From Chloroflexota bacterium (GTDB taxonomy: Bacteria > Chloroflexota > UBA11872 > VXOZ01): DNA of 64,000 nucleotides. The number at the start of each line of letters is the position of its first letter. The first letter of the stretch is position 1. The translations under genes and the position numbers were made by a program. The notes under the pieces were generated by a model. That model ran no database searches and was not told the origin of the DNA. It saw nothing but the letters and a program-made list of their open reading frames with translations. Positions 48,201 to 57,783 of this stretch are shown in pieces. The stretch lies in assembly GCA_963663275.1 (NCBI GenBank), contig OY760183.1:1216001-1280000 (forward strand), given 5' to 3'.

Positions 48201-49348
48201 TAGTACCTGATCCTTGGATCCAGGAAGACATAAATCACGTCCACCGCCAAATGGGCGAGCAGGACGAAAATGCCGACGAAGACGAACGCGCCGACCGCCA
48301 GCGGTAGGTCTTCCGCTACGGCCGCCGAGACCAGCGTCTGCCCCATGCCGGGCCAGGAGAAGACCGACTCGATGATGACGCCGCCGTCCACGGCAAACGC
48401 CAGGCTGAAGACGAGGCTGGTGACCACCGGCAGCAAGGCGTTCCGCGCCACGTGCTTATCGCGCACGGCTTTTTCCGGCAGGCCCTTGGCCCGGGCCGCC
48501 AGCACAAAGTCCTCGCGCATGGTCTCCAACATGCTGTTGCGCGTGAGCAGCATGGTGCCGGCAAAGCTGATGAGAGTGAGCGTAAACACCGGCAGTATCA
48601 TGTGGCCGATGATGTCCCAGGCCAGATGGCCGTAGCCGGTTGCCCACCAAATGCCGACCATCGCGGCCACCGCGACGATAATGCTGCCAAGCTGGATGAA
48701 GCGCGCGCCGGCCATGCGCCGCCGGGTCGTGATGAGAAAGACGGCGAACACGACGATCGAGAGCGCCAGCGCGGTGAGCATCATGCGCCCAAACAATGTG
48801 TTCGCCTCGATTGGGGCGTCCCGCCATAGCACCGGGTCGAGGAACTTGCCGATGGGGAACCACCCGGCTTTGAAAGCAAAGAGCCAGATCATCATGAGGG
48901 CGAACCACGGCGTGAACACCGTGTAGAGCGTCACGCCGCCCAGGGTGGTGGCGTACTCGGTCCAGCCACCGCGCTTCCAGGCGATGATCTTGCCGAGCAG
49001 GAAACCCAGATAGAAGGAAAACACCGTGGCGGTAAAGAAGAGCGCCACGGTGCGCGGCAGGCGCTCGGCAATCACGTCGGCCACGGTGCGGGGATAGTGG
49101 GTGAACGAAACGCCAAGGCTGCCGGTGAAGATGTTCCGGACGTAGACGAGAAACTGCTTCCAGAGCGGCTCGTCCAAACCAAACTGGCTTTGCAGCCGCT
49201 CACGGGCGTCCGGCGGCAACTCGGGATTCATGGCGTAGACGTTGCTGATGTCGCCCGGCTGCGCGTTGACCAGGAAGAAGACGATGCAGATGAAGGCGAA
49301 GAGCGTGACCAGAATCTGAAGCGTTCTGCTGAGCAGATAGGTAGCCAT
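48200..49348 (-). CDS. Peptide ABC transporter permease (OppB/DppB-like)
   Basis: PGD, GLDEPL..Q, RLPRT, ARAKGL, ESVFSWPGMG. Confidence 0.95.
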   Translation of the reverse strand: MATYLLSRTLQILVTLFAFICIVFFLVNAQPGDISNVYAMNPELPPDARERLQSQFGLDEPLWKQFLVYVRNIFTGSLGVSFTHYPRTVADVIAERLPRTVALFFTATVFSFYLGFLLGKIIAWKRGGWTEYATTLGGVTLYTVFTPWFALMMIWLFAFKAGWFPIGKFLDPVLWRDAPIEANTLFGRMMLTALALSIVVFAVFLITTRRRMAGARFIQLGSIIVAVAAMVGIWWATGYGHLAWDIIGHMILPVFTLTLISFAGTMLLTRNSMLETMREDFVLAARAKGLPEKAVRDKHVARNALLPVVTSLVFSLAFAVDGGVIIESVFSWPGMGQTLVSAAVAEDLPLAVGAFVFVGIFVLLAHLAVDVIYVFLDPRIRY

Positions 49349-49450
49349 CCGCGGTCGCCACTCCAATGTGAATTTGCTATTGCGCCCCATTATTCACGTT
49401 ACGGGCAGTGGCGTCAAACCCGCGCCGGGCGCGGAGGGGTACGGGCGCCA

Positions 49451-49588
49451 GGCAAACGGGGGCAGAGAGGCGAGACGTGCGCGGATGCGGCACGACGCGC
49501 AAACGCGGCAGGGGCGCGAGACGCGCGTGCGCGCGTCCCGGATACGCAAACGTGGTAGGGGCACGACATGTCGTGCCCCTACCACGTT
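49451..49588. repeat. Two degenerate 47-bp units followed by a GTAG REP palindrome extended to 40 bp
   Basis: (C/G)GCAAACG at 49451, 49498 and 49545; palindrome 49549-49588. Confidence 0.8.
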
Positions 49589-49657
49589 GCGGTAATCGCA
49601 ATTGCTGCGCGTCTTACGCCACTGCGTGCGCCATTGCGCGCGCCGTTGCGGACGTCG

Positions 49658-51634
49658 TTACTTCACCTGCACCGCCGTCTGCATTCCGCCCACGCCTTCC
49701 AATCCGCCGAGGACCTCGGTGTACGGGAACTCGACGCTGGCCGGCCGGTAGGAATCCAGCTTCGGAATAGTGAAGAGCGTCACGTAGGGCAGATCTTCGG
49801 CAAGGAAGTTCTGCAATTGGAACACCTTGTCGCGCGCGCCCTCGATGGTCGTCTCGGAGAGCAGGCTGAACGAGATGTCGTCGAACTCCGGATTGGCGTA
49901 GCCGCCCCAGTTATAGCCGCCCTCGTTCTCCGGCGCGTGGCGACTGTTGAAGAAGACCTCCAGGTAGTCCGGGAAGAGGCTCAGGCTCCAACCCAGGATC
50001 CACATGTCCAGATCTTCTTGCACGGTATCGCTGAACAGCACGCCCACGATGACGTTGAAGCCGGTGAGGTTGGCCCGCACCGGAATGCCGACGTCGTTCA
50101 ACCAGCGCTCGATCCAGATGGCGAACGTGGCGCGCAGCGGGTCGTAGCCCGCGCTCGGCGCGATGATCGTCAGCGCCGGCACGTCCGAGCCGTCGGGCAG
50201 CTTGAGGCCCTTGCCGGCCTTGGCGACGAAGTTGCCGTCCTCGCTGATCTCCGGCTCTTCCTCATAGGTGAAGCCGGCGCTCTTGAGCAATTCCACGGCC
50301 TGCTGCAGCCGCTCGCCCCGGCTCAGGTTCGCGCCGAGGCTGGGCGTGTCGGCGTTGAACCACGCCGCGTTGCCGGACGGCACCATGGAGTACGCCGGAA
50401 TGGCTGCGCCTTGCAGCACGGTCTGGGTGACGAACTCCTTGTCGATCATGATCGCCACCGCTTGCCGGAACTCGCGGATATTCATAGGCTCCTTGCGCAC
50501 GTTGAAGCCCAGGTAGAACATGCCGTTGTCCAGGTTGGTGACGATTTCCAGGTCGCCCGCCGCCTGGATGCGCTCCCGAAAGCCTTTCTCCAGGCCCAAG
50601 GGGTTGAAGACGTAGTCGATGTCGCCCTTGGTCAGGGCCAGGATGGCGGCGTCCTGGTTGCCGTAGATGCTGAAGAGCGCGGAATCCACGTGGGGGCCGA
50701 CCGTATACTCCAGTTCCTTGTCACCGCCGGGCTCGCCGAAGTAGGTGGCGGTGTAGCCCAGCCGCTCGTTCTGTTCCTGCAACGTGCCGCTGGCGTACCG
50801 CGTGATGACGGAGCCGGTGGCGTAGTAGTTGTCGGCCCGCTCGTTCTCGAGGAACGCGCCCGCCTCCCACTTAGCGAACACGAAGCCGCCCAGGGTGGGA
50901 TCGTTCTCGGGCACGTGCGCCATCAGCGCCTCGATCTGCGCCTCGGCGTCACCGGCCTTCTTGGCCTCTTCAACCACGGGGGCCCAGTAGTGCTCCGGCA
51001 GGATCGGCATGAAGGCCAGGCCGAATTGCCAGACGCTCAGGCCGGGCGTCTGCGGGTTGCCCTCGTCGTCGTTGGCCTTGAAGAAGATCTTGATGCGATG
51101 GCTGTCGATGGCCTCGATGCGGTCGAGGAAGGCGGAGTCCACCGCGGCGCCAAAGTTGCCGCTGATGCCCATTTCGAGCACGGTGTGCGCGGTGAAGATC
51201 ACGTCATCCGCCGTGAGTTCCTCGCCGTCGCTCCACATGATGCCCGCTCTGATTGGCACCTCGGTCGTCCAGTACTCGGTACCGTCAACCGTTTCCTTCG
51301 TCAAGTCCGTGGGGAAGTCGGCCGCCAGACTGGGAATCCACTCGAACGTCTGGTCGGAGTAGCCGTAGAGCCCCCCGGTATAGCCGCTCAGGACGTACTG
51401 CGTCCACACGGAGCCGCCGGCGCCGCCGTAGTAATTCCAGAAGTTGCGCGTAATCGGCTCCTCGAAGATGCCCATGCGGTAGACGGACGGACCGGCCGGC
51501 TCCGCCGGGGCTTCTACCTCTTCCTCCACCGGGGCCTCGGGCGCGGCCGGCGGCTCCTGGGCGCACGACGCCAGCGCCGCCGCGGCCAAGATAGCGACCA
51601 GGAAGACGGCCGCTCTCATCCACAATGACTTCAT
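49658..51634 (-). CDS. Peptide ABC transporter substrate-binding lipoprotein (family 5)
   Basis: Lipobox LASC; WSDGEELTADDVIFT signature; FRQAVA..IDKE. Confidence 0.93.
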   Translation of the reverse strand: MKSLWMRAAVFLVAILAAAALASCAQEPPAAPEAPVEEEVEAPAEPAGPSVYRMGIFEEPITRNFWNYYGGAGGSVWTQYVLSGYTGGLYGYSDQTFEWIPSLAADFPTDLTKETVDGTEYWTTEVPIRAGIMWSDGEELTADDVIFTAHTVLEMGISGNFGAAVDSAFLDRIEAIDSHRIKIFFKANDDEGNPQTPGLSVWQFGLAFMPILPEHYWAPVVEEAKKAGDAEAQIEALMAHVPENDPTLGGFVFAKWEAGAFLENERADNYYATGSVITRYASGTLQEQNERLGYTATYFGEPGGDKELEYTVGPHVDSALFSIYGNQDAAILALTKGDIDYVFNPLGLEKGFRERIQAAGDLEIVTNLDNGMFYLGFNVRKEPMNIREFRQAVAIMIDKEFVTQTVLQGAAIPAYSMVPSGNAAWFNADTPSLGANLSRGERLQQAVELLKSAGFTYEEEPEISEDGNFVAKAGKGLKLPDGSDVPALTIIAPSAGYDPLRATFAIWIERWLNDVGIPVRANLTGFNVIVGVLFSDTVQEDLDMWILGWSLSLFPDYLEVFFNSRHAPENEGGYNWGGYANPEFDDISFSLLSETTIEGARDKVFQLQNFLAEDLPYVTLFTIPKLDSYRPASVEFPYTEVLGGLEGVGGMQTAVQVK

Positions 51635-51771
51635 CACCGTATCTCCTCCTTCTCTACCACTATTCTGCCGGCAGCGCCCGTGCCGCCCCGTGCCGGGCGG
51701 CAAACGCCTTGCTTGGGAACTACCGCCGCAACGCGTACCACGCTCTAAGTGTACACGCTCCGCCACACCCG

Positions 51772-53064
51772 TCAAGTCTGTGGTTGATGTCGCGCCCGCT
51801 CCCAGGCGCGGAGTTCGTCCTGATTGCTCCGGAGTTTGTCGAGGACGTCCAGGATGCGGTCCATGTCGCGCCGCGGCCCCAGGAAGGTGGCGTGCGGCAG
51901 GCAGAGGGCCTCTGCCTTGTAGATGCGCTCCGCTTCCGGGCAGTAGACCGCGCGGTAGTCGATCTCCTTGCCGTAGAAAGAACAGGTGAACGGATGCCCG
52001 GTGCGGCCAAAGTTCATCTCCTGGAAGAGCGGATTGCGGTAGACCGGGTGGGTATGGCCGGTGTGGACGCGCAACCCCTCGGCGTTCAGCGCCTGCATGA
52101 CGGTGTCCCTCCCGATGCCGCCAAACGCCGCGCTATGGTACTTGACGTGCCAGAAGTAGAAACCCCAGCGGGTCACGCGGGGATCGCGGTAGATGGGCGT
52201 GAAACCATCGATTTGTCCAAGTTGTTCGGATAGGTACGTCACGTTCCGTTCGCGGACGGCGGTCTGCGCCTCCAGGCGGCCGAGTTGCGCGTTGCCCACT
52301 GCGCCTTGCCACTCGGTCATGCGCAGGTTGGTGCTCGGAATGTGGTGCTCGTAGAACGGGCGGCCCGGGAAGCGCCCGATGTTGTGGAAGGAGGAGGCGC
52401 GCTGCGCGACTTCCTCACGATTGGTGAGCACCATGCCGCCCTCGCCGGTGGTCAGGGTCTTCCCCATCTGGAAGCTGAAACCGCCGCAGTCGCCCAGCGC
52501 GCCCGTACCGACGCCCTTCCACTGGGAGCCATGTGAGTGGGCGCAGTCTGAGACGATGGCGATACCGTGTTTGGCGGCGATGGTTTGGAGGGCGTCCACG
52601 TCGCACGGCATGCCGCCGTAGTCAACCGGCATCATGGCGCGGGTCTTGGGCGTAATCGCGGCGGCGACAGCCTGGGGGTCGATGGTGTAGTCGCGCGGGT
52701 CGCAATCCACGAAGATGGGAATGGCGTTGGCTTGCAGCACGGCGGAGGCGGTAGCCACGAAGGTCACGGCCGGGACGATCACCTCGTCTCCCGCTTCCAC
52801 GCCCACGGCCCGCAGCGCCGCCTCCAGCGCCACGGTGCCATTGGCAACGGCAATGCCGTACTGGGCGTCCTGGAAGTGCGCGAAATCGCGCTCGAAGCGT
52901 CCCACCTGGGATTCGTCCTGGTCGGCGTGCCCGCCCCGCCACCAGATGCCGCTCTCCAGCACGCCTTGGAGCAAGCGTTGTTCCTCCGCGCCAAAGACCG
53001 GCCAGGACGTGCCCAGCGGCTGTGCGAGCGCGGGCCCGCCGCCGGTAAGGGCCAGGTTTCCCAT
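51772..53064 (-). CDS. DegT/DnrJ/EryC1/StrS family PLP aminotransferase
   Basis: NGT.AL, GDEVIVP..TF.AT, DCAHSHG, FSFQMGKTLTTGEGG. Confidence 0.93.
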   Translation of the reverse strand: MGNLALTGGGPALAQPLGTSWPVFGAEEQRLLQGVLESGIWWRGGHADQDESQVGRFERDFAHFQDAQYGIAVANGTVALEAALRAVGVEAGDEVIVPAVTFVATASAVLQANAIPIFVDCDPRDYTIDPQAVAAAITPKTRAMMPVDYGGMPCDVDALQTIAAKHGIAIVSDCAHSHGSQWKGVGTGALGDCGGFSFQMGKTLTTGEGGMVLTNREEVAQRASSFHNIGRFPGRPFYEHHIPSTNLRMTEWQGAVGNAQLGRLEAQTAVRERNVTYLSEQLGQIDGFTPIYRDPRVTRWGFYFWHVKYHSAAFGGIGRDTVMQALNAEGLRVHTGHTHPVYRNPLFQEMNFGRTGHPFTCSFYGKEIDYRAVYCPEAERIYKAEALCLPHATFLGPRRDMDRILDVLDKLRSNQDELRAWERARHQPQT

Positions 53065-53163
53065 GCGATTGTGCTCCTTGCTGCCGTCGTCACCCGCCGC
53101 GCCCACGCTCTCCCGTGGAGAGCTCGGAAATTCCCCTCACCCCGCCCCTCTCCCCAGCGAGAG

Positions 53164-53309
53164 TTGACAGGGGTATGTAAATGTCATTCCGAGCGGAGCG
53201 AGGAATCTAGGGAAGACATTCTTGCAGGGCAAGCCTTAGATTCCTCTCTCCGCTGCGCTCCGTTCGGAATGACACGTGAAGTCGATTATAGCTTACAGAC
53301 CCCTGTCAG
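53164..53309 (+). mobile_element. MITE family A, copy 5
   Basis: TTGACAGGGGTA...ACCCCTGTCAG; flanks CCAGCGAGAG / CCAGGGAGAG, inside a CCCTCACCC..CCCTCTCCC repeat. Confidence 0.88.
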
Positions 53310-53337
53310 CCAGGGAGAGGGGAAAAGAGTCGCGGCC

Positions 53338-54615
53338 TCAGACCGCTACCGGCTCGCGGATGCCGACGAGCAGGTCGATGGCGGCTTGGCGGATCAGTGG
53401 CTCGCTGGAGGGCGCGATCGCCGCCAGGTTGGGTTCCATGCCGCCCTGGTCGAACGCTTCCGGCGTGGGCACGTAGGCCACCTCGCGCGTCGGACGGCTG
53501 ATCACGACCGTGTGGCGGAACGGCGACGCCGCCTTGATCGCCAGCGCCGTATCGTGGAACAACTCGCCCGGCATGTGAATGAGCGCCGTATCGCCCAGTG
53601 TGACGACCTTGAGCGGGTACCGGATGGTGGGATTCCGTTCGTACCACTCGTAGAGGAAGCGGTGGTAGCGGTTGTGCATCGCCTTGAAATTGAAGCGCAT
53701 CTCCTCCGGCTCTTCCGGCATCACGCGCGCCGGAATTTCCACCTCGCGCACGTGCGTCTCCATGGGGGGAGCGGTGTCCGGCTTGATTTGCTCGAAGACG
53801 TAGAGCGCCTGCGCGCCGACGGAACGCCCGACGCGGCGGGCCGCCCAGCCGTCGCGCTCGATTGGCACCACGTCGCCCAGCCCGCCCTGGGCAAAGACGA
53901 TGGGCAGTCCGGCCACCTCGCCAAAGACGTCCGCCACGTAGCGGGGATAGTCCGCCGAAATGCCGCCGTACTTGTCGGTGGAGCAGAGCGCGTGGCAGCC
54001 GAAGTTGATGAACGCGCCGATGGCCTCGCCGTCGAGCGAATCGAAGCGCAGCACGCTCACCTCGTCGTCCTTTCCCTGCTCGCGCCACTCCGGTTCCGGC
54101 GGCGCTTCCTGGCGGTTGAAGACCATGTGTACCGTGCCGTCGGGCTTGATGAAGCGGCGGTTGTAGCAGACGTCCGGCGCGCGGCCGCCGCTTGACGCCA
54201 TCCGCACCGGTGCCAGCTTGTCGAAAGCGTCCTGGATGCCGTCCGCGACGCGCGCGCTGATCTCATCTTCATAGCCCTCGATGATGAGGTCCTGGGCGAA
54301 GATCATGATGTACGCGCCATAGTTGGAGATGGGCGTGGAGCCGATGTGGGAGGGACAGAAGAGCGTGGGAAACGGCGCGATGCCGCGCGCCTGCAGGGCG
54401 GCGGCCACTTTTGCATCGAAGCCGATGCCAAGCTCGAATGCGTCCACCGCGACGACGGCGGCCGTTTCGTCCCCATCGCGCAGCAGCAGTATCCGCGCCT
54501 TGAGGGGGTCGTAGACCGGATAACTGCGTTCCTTCTTGTTGCCGTTGGCCGTGCGCCGGCCCTGGTCCGGCGTGATGTCAACTTCCATAAACGCGGCGTG
54601 CAAGCTGTCTCTCAC
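53338..54615 (-). CDS. Neutral/alkaline ceramidase N-terminal-like hydrolase
   Basis: DITP, DPL.AR, SH, NRR, NFGCHA, SADYP, PGE.F, Y.PT pattern. Confidence 0.7.
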   Translation of the reverse strand: MRDSLHAAFMEVDITPDQGRRTANGNKKERSYPVYDPLKARILLLRDGDETAAVVAVDAFELGIGFDAKVAAALQARGIAPFPTLFCPSHIGSTPISNYGAYIMIFAQDLIIEGYEDEISARVADGIQDAFDKLAPVRMASSGGRAPDVCYNRRFIKPDGTVHMVFNRQEAPPEPEWREQGKDDEVSVLRFDSLDGEAIGAFINFGCHALCSTDKYGGISADYPRYVADVFGEVAGLPIVFAQGGLGDVVPIERDGWAARRVGRSVGAQALYVFEQIKPDTAPPMETHVREVEIPARVMPEEPEEMRFNFKAMHNRYHRFLYEWYERNPTIRYPLKVVTLGDTALIHMPGELFHDTALAIKAASPFRHTVVISRPTREVAYVPTPEAFDQGGMEPNLAAIAPSSEPLIRQAAIDLLVGIREPVAV

Positions 54616-54726
54616 GGGCGCTCTCCTCTCCACTATGCGGGCGTACGCGTACTATTCTACTCCATCAGTCGCAGAACCATCTACACGGAGTGTGGCCGGC
54701 GCGGCGCCAAGAAGTGTATCCGGATA

Positions 54727-56421
54727 TCAGTGGTCGCGCGCCCGTCCGGTCGCGCTGAGCGCCGACGCGATACGATCGAGTTTCTCATGGACTTCCGGAT
54801 GGATCTCGTCTTCCCGCATGGTGGCGGCAAGCAGGTACATGTCTCTCTTGAGTGTTTCCCTATCCAGAGACTTCAGGAGAGGGGACAAGAATTCGCCGCT
54901 GGCTTTGACGCGCACAAGCGCGACGTGGTCGCCAAACAGATCCGTTCCCGGCGGCACTTGGCTCCAAAACGCCGTTTCAACCTGCTGTCCCAGCAGTGGA
55001 TGATCTGGGAACGCAAAGCGCCTGATGGCTTCGGGATGCAAGAGGTAGTTCTCGATCTCGTAGCGGCGCCAGCGCAGCACGACCAAGCCCGCGCGCGTCA
55101 TCTCCTCATCCGGCTCATCCCGGTTGTCGCCGTCGAGAAGGCAGAGAGCGCGCACGTCCGGCAAAGCCGCCTGCATGGCGAAGAAGTGCGCTTTCGCTTC
55201 GCGCAGGCTTCTGCCGCCAATCCGGTGCACGAAAGGCCGTTCCAGGAAACGCCGCGCCGGATGATCGAGAATGCGCGCCCACTCCCCCAGTATCTTCTCA
55301 TCCGTCTCTCCCTCCACGTAGAGCAAGCCCCCCACTTCCCGGGCGAGGAGCAGGTCGGTAGTGGTGACCCGCTTGAGGGCCTCGCGGAGTTGGTCGCGCT
55401 CGGTCTGGCTGGCCAGGGCGCGCGGCGCTTCCCCGAAGAATCCCAGCACCCGCGACGGTTCCGTTGCGTCGATGACCGCCTCGGAGTGCGTCGCCACAAT
55501 GACCTGTCCGCCGCGTTCCCGGGCAACCTTGCGGACCAGGCCGTATACCTGCTTCTGCAGGATGACGTGCTGGTGCGCATCCGGCTCGTCGAGCAGGATT
55601 ACGGTTGCGGGCCGCGCGTACAGGAAGGCGAAGAGAAGGAGTACCTGGAGGGTGCCGCTCCCCGCGTTAGAGAGGTCCAGGGGCCGCGAGCGGGCGCTTT
55701 CACGGTATTCGCACACGATGTAGGGCTGGGCCGGCGCATAAACCGGCCTGTCCAGTTCGATACCAAAGAGGTCTTGCACGTGCCCGGCGAGCGACTGCCA
55801 GTTTTCAGGATTGTCACTCTCGGCAATCTCCAGCAGGAGATTCCGCAGTATCTCGCCCGGCCGCCCTTGCCCGACGAGCAGGTCCTGCATGCCCCGGTCG
55901 CGCCGGGGCTCGTCGCGCTCGACTCCCGATAGTGGGGGAACGTGCACAACGTCGAGGCTCTTTGCCGCCTCGGCGGGAAACTCCCGGATGGAAGCGGGGG
56001 CGAGATTCTTGGCGTCAAGGGGCCGCGCGTATACCATCTCGGAATTCGCGTACTGGAACTCGAACCCGCACCGCCACGGGCTGTCCCCCGCTTGCCCTTC
56101 CAAGGTAATCTCTATCAGCCGGGGCGTGCCGGACATACCTTGGGGGCCGGTCACCCTCCGATCCTCCCACAGGAGGTTCATCTCGCGGAGCGGCACGGCG
56201 GTGAAGTCGGCGCGCGGTATGGCAACGCCGGAGCGCCGCACGGCCTTGCCGCCTCCGCGCTGGGAGACCCAGCGATCCAGGCCGACCTTCCAAGACGCGA
56301 TGGCCTGAAGTAGGGTAGACTTTCCGGTGTTGTTAGGCCCGGCCAGCACGACGGAGTCCGCGAGTTCGAACGTCTGCTCGCGAAAACGCTTGAAGTGCCT
56401 GATCGTTACTCGCTGGATCAT
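54727..56421 (-). CDS. Fused ABC-type ATPase + TOPRIM nuclease (OLD-like / fused PARIS-like)
   Basis: Walker A GPNNTGKS, signature AGSG, Walker B LLDEPDAH, ATHS; C-terminal YVEGETD, LDGD, RRYEIENYLL. Confidence 0.85.
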   Translation of the reverse strand: MIQRVTIRHFKRFREQTFELADSVVLAGPNNTGKSTLLQAIASWKVGLDRWVSQRGGGKAVRRSGVAIPRADFTAVPLREMNLLWEDRRVTGPQGMSGTPRLIEITLEGQAGDSPWRCGFEFQYANSEMVYARPLDAKNLAPASIREFPAEAAKSLDVVHVPPLSGVERDEPRRDRGMQDLLVGQGRPGEILRNLLLEIAESDNPENWQSLAGHVQDLFGIELDRPVYAPAQPYIVCEYRESARSRPLDLSNAGSGTLQVLLLFAFLYARPATVILLDEPDAHQHVILQKQVYGLVRKVARERGGQVIVATHSEAVIDATEPSRVLGFFGEAPRALASQTERDQLREALKRVTTTDLLLAREVGGLLYVEGETDEKILGEWARILDHPARRFLERPFVHRIGGRSLREAKAHFFAMQAALPDVRALCLLDGDNRDEPDEEMTRAGLVVLRWRRYEIENYLLHPEAIRRFAFPDHPLLGQQVETAFWSQVPPGTDLFGDHVALVRVKASGEFLSPLLKSLDRETLKRDMYLLAATMREDEIHPEVHEKLDRIASALSATGRARDH

Positions 56422-56574
56422 CCGCTTACTCCCAGGGTCTTTCACAGTATAGCAGTACGGCAGTCCAACACTCTCTTCGCCAGCGGACAAGAACGGCGGT
56501 GGACTTTCTTCTCTGCCGGTCCGCTCACTTATAATGAAGAAGTGCGGTTTCAACCGGATAGGGGAAAGCGGCTT

Positions 56575-57783
56575 GTGAAGAAGCGCGTGCTGGTGCTGGG
56601 TTCCACCGGCTCCATCGGTCGGCAGACGCTGGACGTGATTCGCGCCAATCCGGGCGCGTTCACCGTGGTGGGGTTGGCGGCGGGCCGTGACTTGGACGCG
56701 CTGGCGGCGCAGATCGCCGAGTTCAAACCGCAGGCGGCGTATTGCATAGACGGCGGCGCGGCCAAGCGCCTGGCGGCAGGTACGCGCATCTTCTCCGGCG
56801 ATGACGGCCTCACCCAGCTTGTGGGGGAGGTGGACGCCGATGTCACGGTGGTGGGCACGCCGGGCATGGCGGGGGCGCGTCCGACCATGGCGGCGCTGGC
56901 GCGCGGGCAGGACGTGGCGCTGGCGAACAAGGAAATCCTGGTCATGGCCGGAGACCTGGTGATGCAAGCCGCCGCCGCCCACGGCGCCGCCGTCCTGCCG
57001 ACCGACAGCGAGCACAGCGCCATTTGGCAGTGCCTGCGCGGTGAAGACGAGGCGGCCATCCGGCGGCTCATCCTGGCGGCGTCCGGCGGGCCGTTCCGCG
57101 CGGCGTCGGACCGGGAACTGGCAACCGTCACGCCGGAGCAGGCCCTGCGGCATCCCACCTGGTCCATGGGCGCAAAGATTACAATAGATTCTGCTACCAT
57201 GCTCAACAAGGGCTTGGAAGTCATCGAGGCGCACTGGCTGTTCAGCATTCCGTACGCCAAGATCGAGGTGGTGATTCATCCGCAGAGCATCGTGCACGCC
57301 TTGGTGGAATTCACGGACGGGGCGGTGATGGCGCAGTTGAGCCATCCCGACATGCGCCTGCCCATCCAGCACGCGCTGAGCTATCCGGCGCGCTTGCCGA
57401 CGCACTGGGGCGGCCTGGACTTTGCCCGTGCGCCAGTGCTGGAGTTTGCCCCGCCGGACGACACTCGCTTTCCCTGCCTGGCCCTGGCCCGGCAGGCGGC
57501 GGAAACCGGCGGCACCGCGCCCACGGTACTGTGCGCCGCCGACGAGGCGGCGGTTGCGCTCTTCCTGGCGGGCAAGATCGGCTTTCTGGACATTGCGCGC
57601 CTCATCGAGCGCGCGCTGGATTCCCACGTAAGCGCGCCGGTAGAGTCCGTGGACCACGTGCTGGCGGTTGCCGAGGAGACGAGGCGGCTGTTGCAGGACA
57701 CGCTCAGGTCCTCCGTCACTCCGGCGAAAGCCGGAGTCCAGGGTGCGACCGGCGAAGATGGATTCCGGCTTCCGCCGGAATGA
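56575..57783 (+). CDS. dxr: 1-deoxy-D-xylulose 5-phosphate reductoisomerase
   Basis: LGSTGSIG, LANKE, LPTDSEHSAI, ASGGPF, HPTWSMGAKITIDSATMLNKGLEVIEAH, DMRLPI. Confidence 0.98.
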   Translation: MKKRVLVLGSTGSIGRQTLDVIRANPGAFTVVGLAAGRDLDALAAQIAEFKPQAAYCIDGGAAKRLAAGTRIFSGDDGLTQLVGEVDADVTVVGTPGMAGARPTMAALARGQDVALANKEILVMAGDLVMQAAAAHGAAVLPTDSEHSAIWQCLRGEDEAAIRRLILAASGGPFRAASDRELATVTPEQALRHPTWSMGAKITIDSATMLNKGLEVIEAHWLFSIPYAKIEVVIHPQSIVHALVEFTDGAVMAQLSHPDMRLPIQHALSYPARLPTHWGGLDFARAPVLEFAPPDDTRFPCLALARQAAETGGTAPTVLCAADEAAVALFLAGKIGFLDIARLIERALDSHVSAPVESVDHVLAVAEETRRLLQDTLRSSVTPAKAGVQGATGEDGFRLPPE

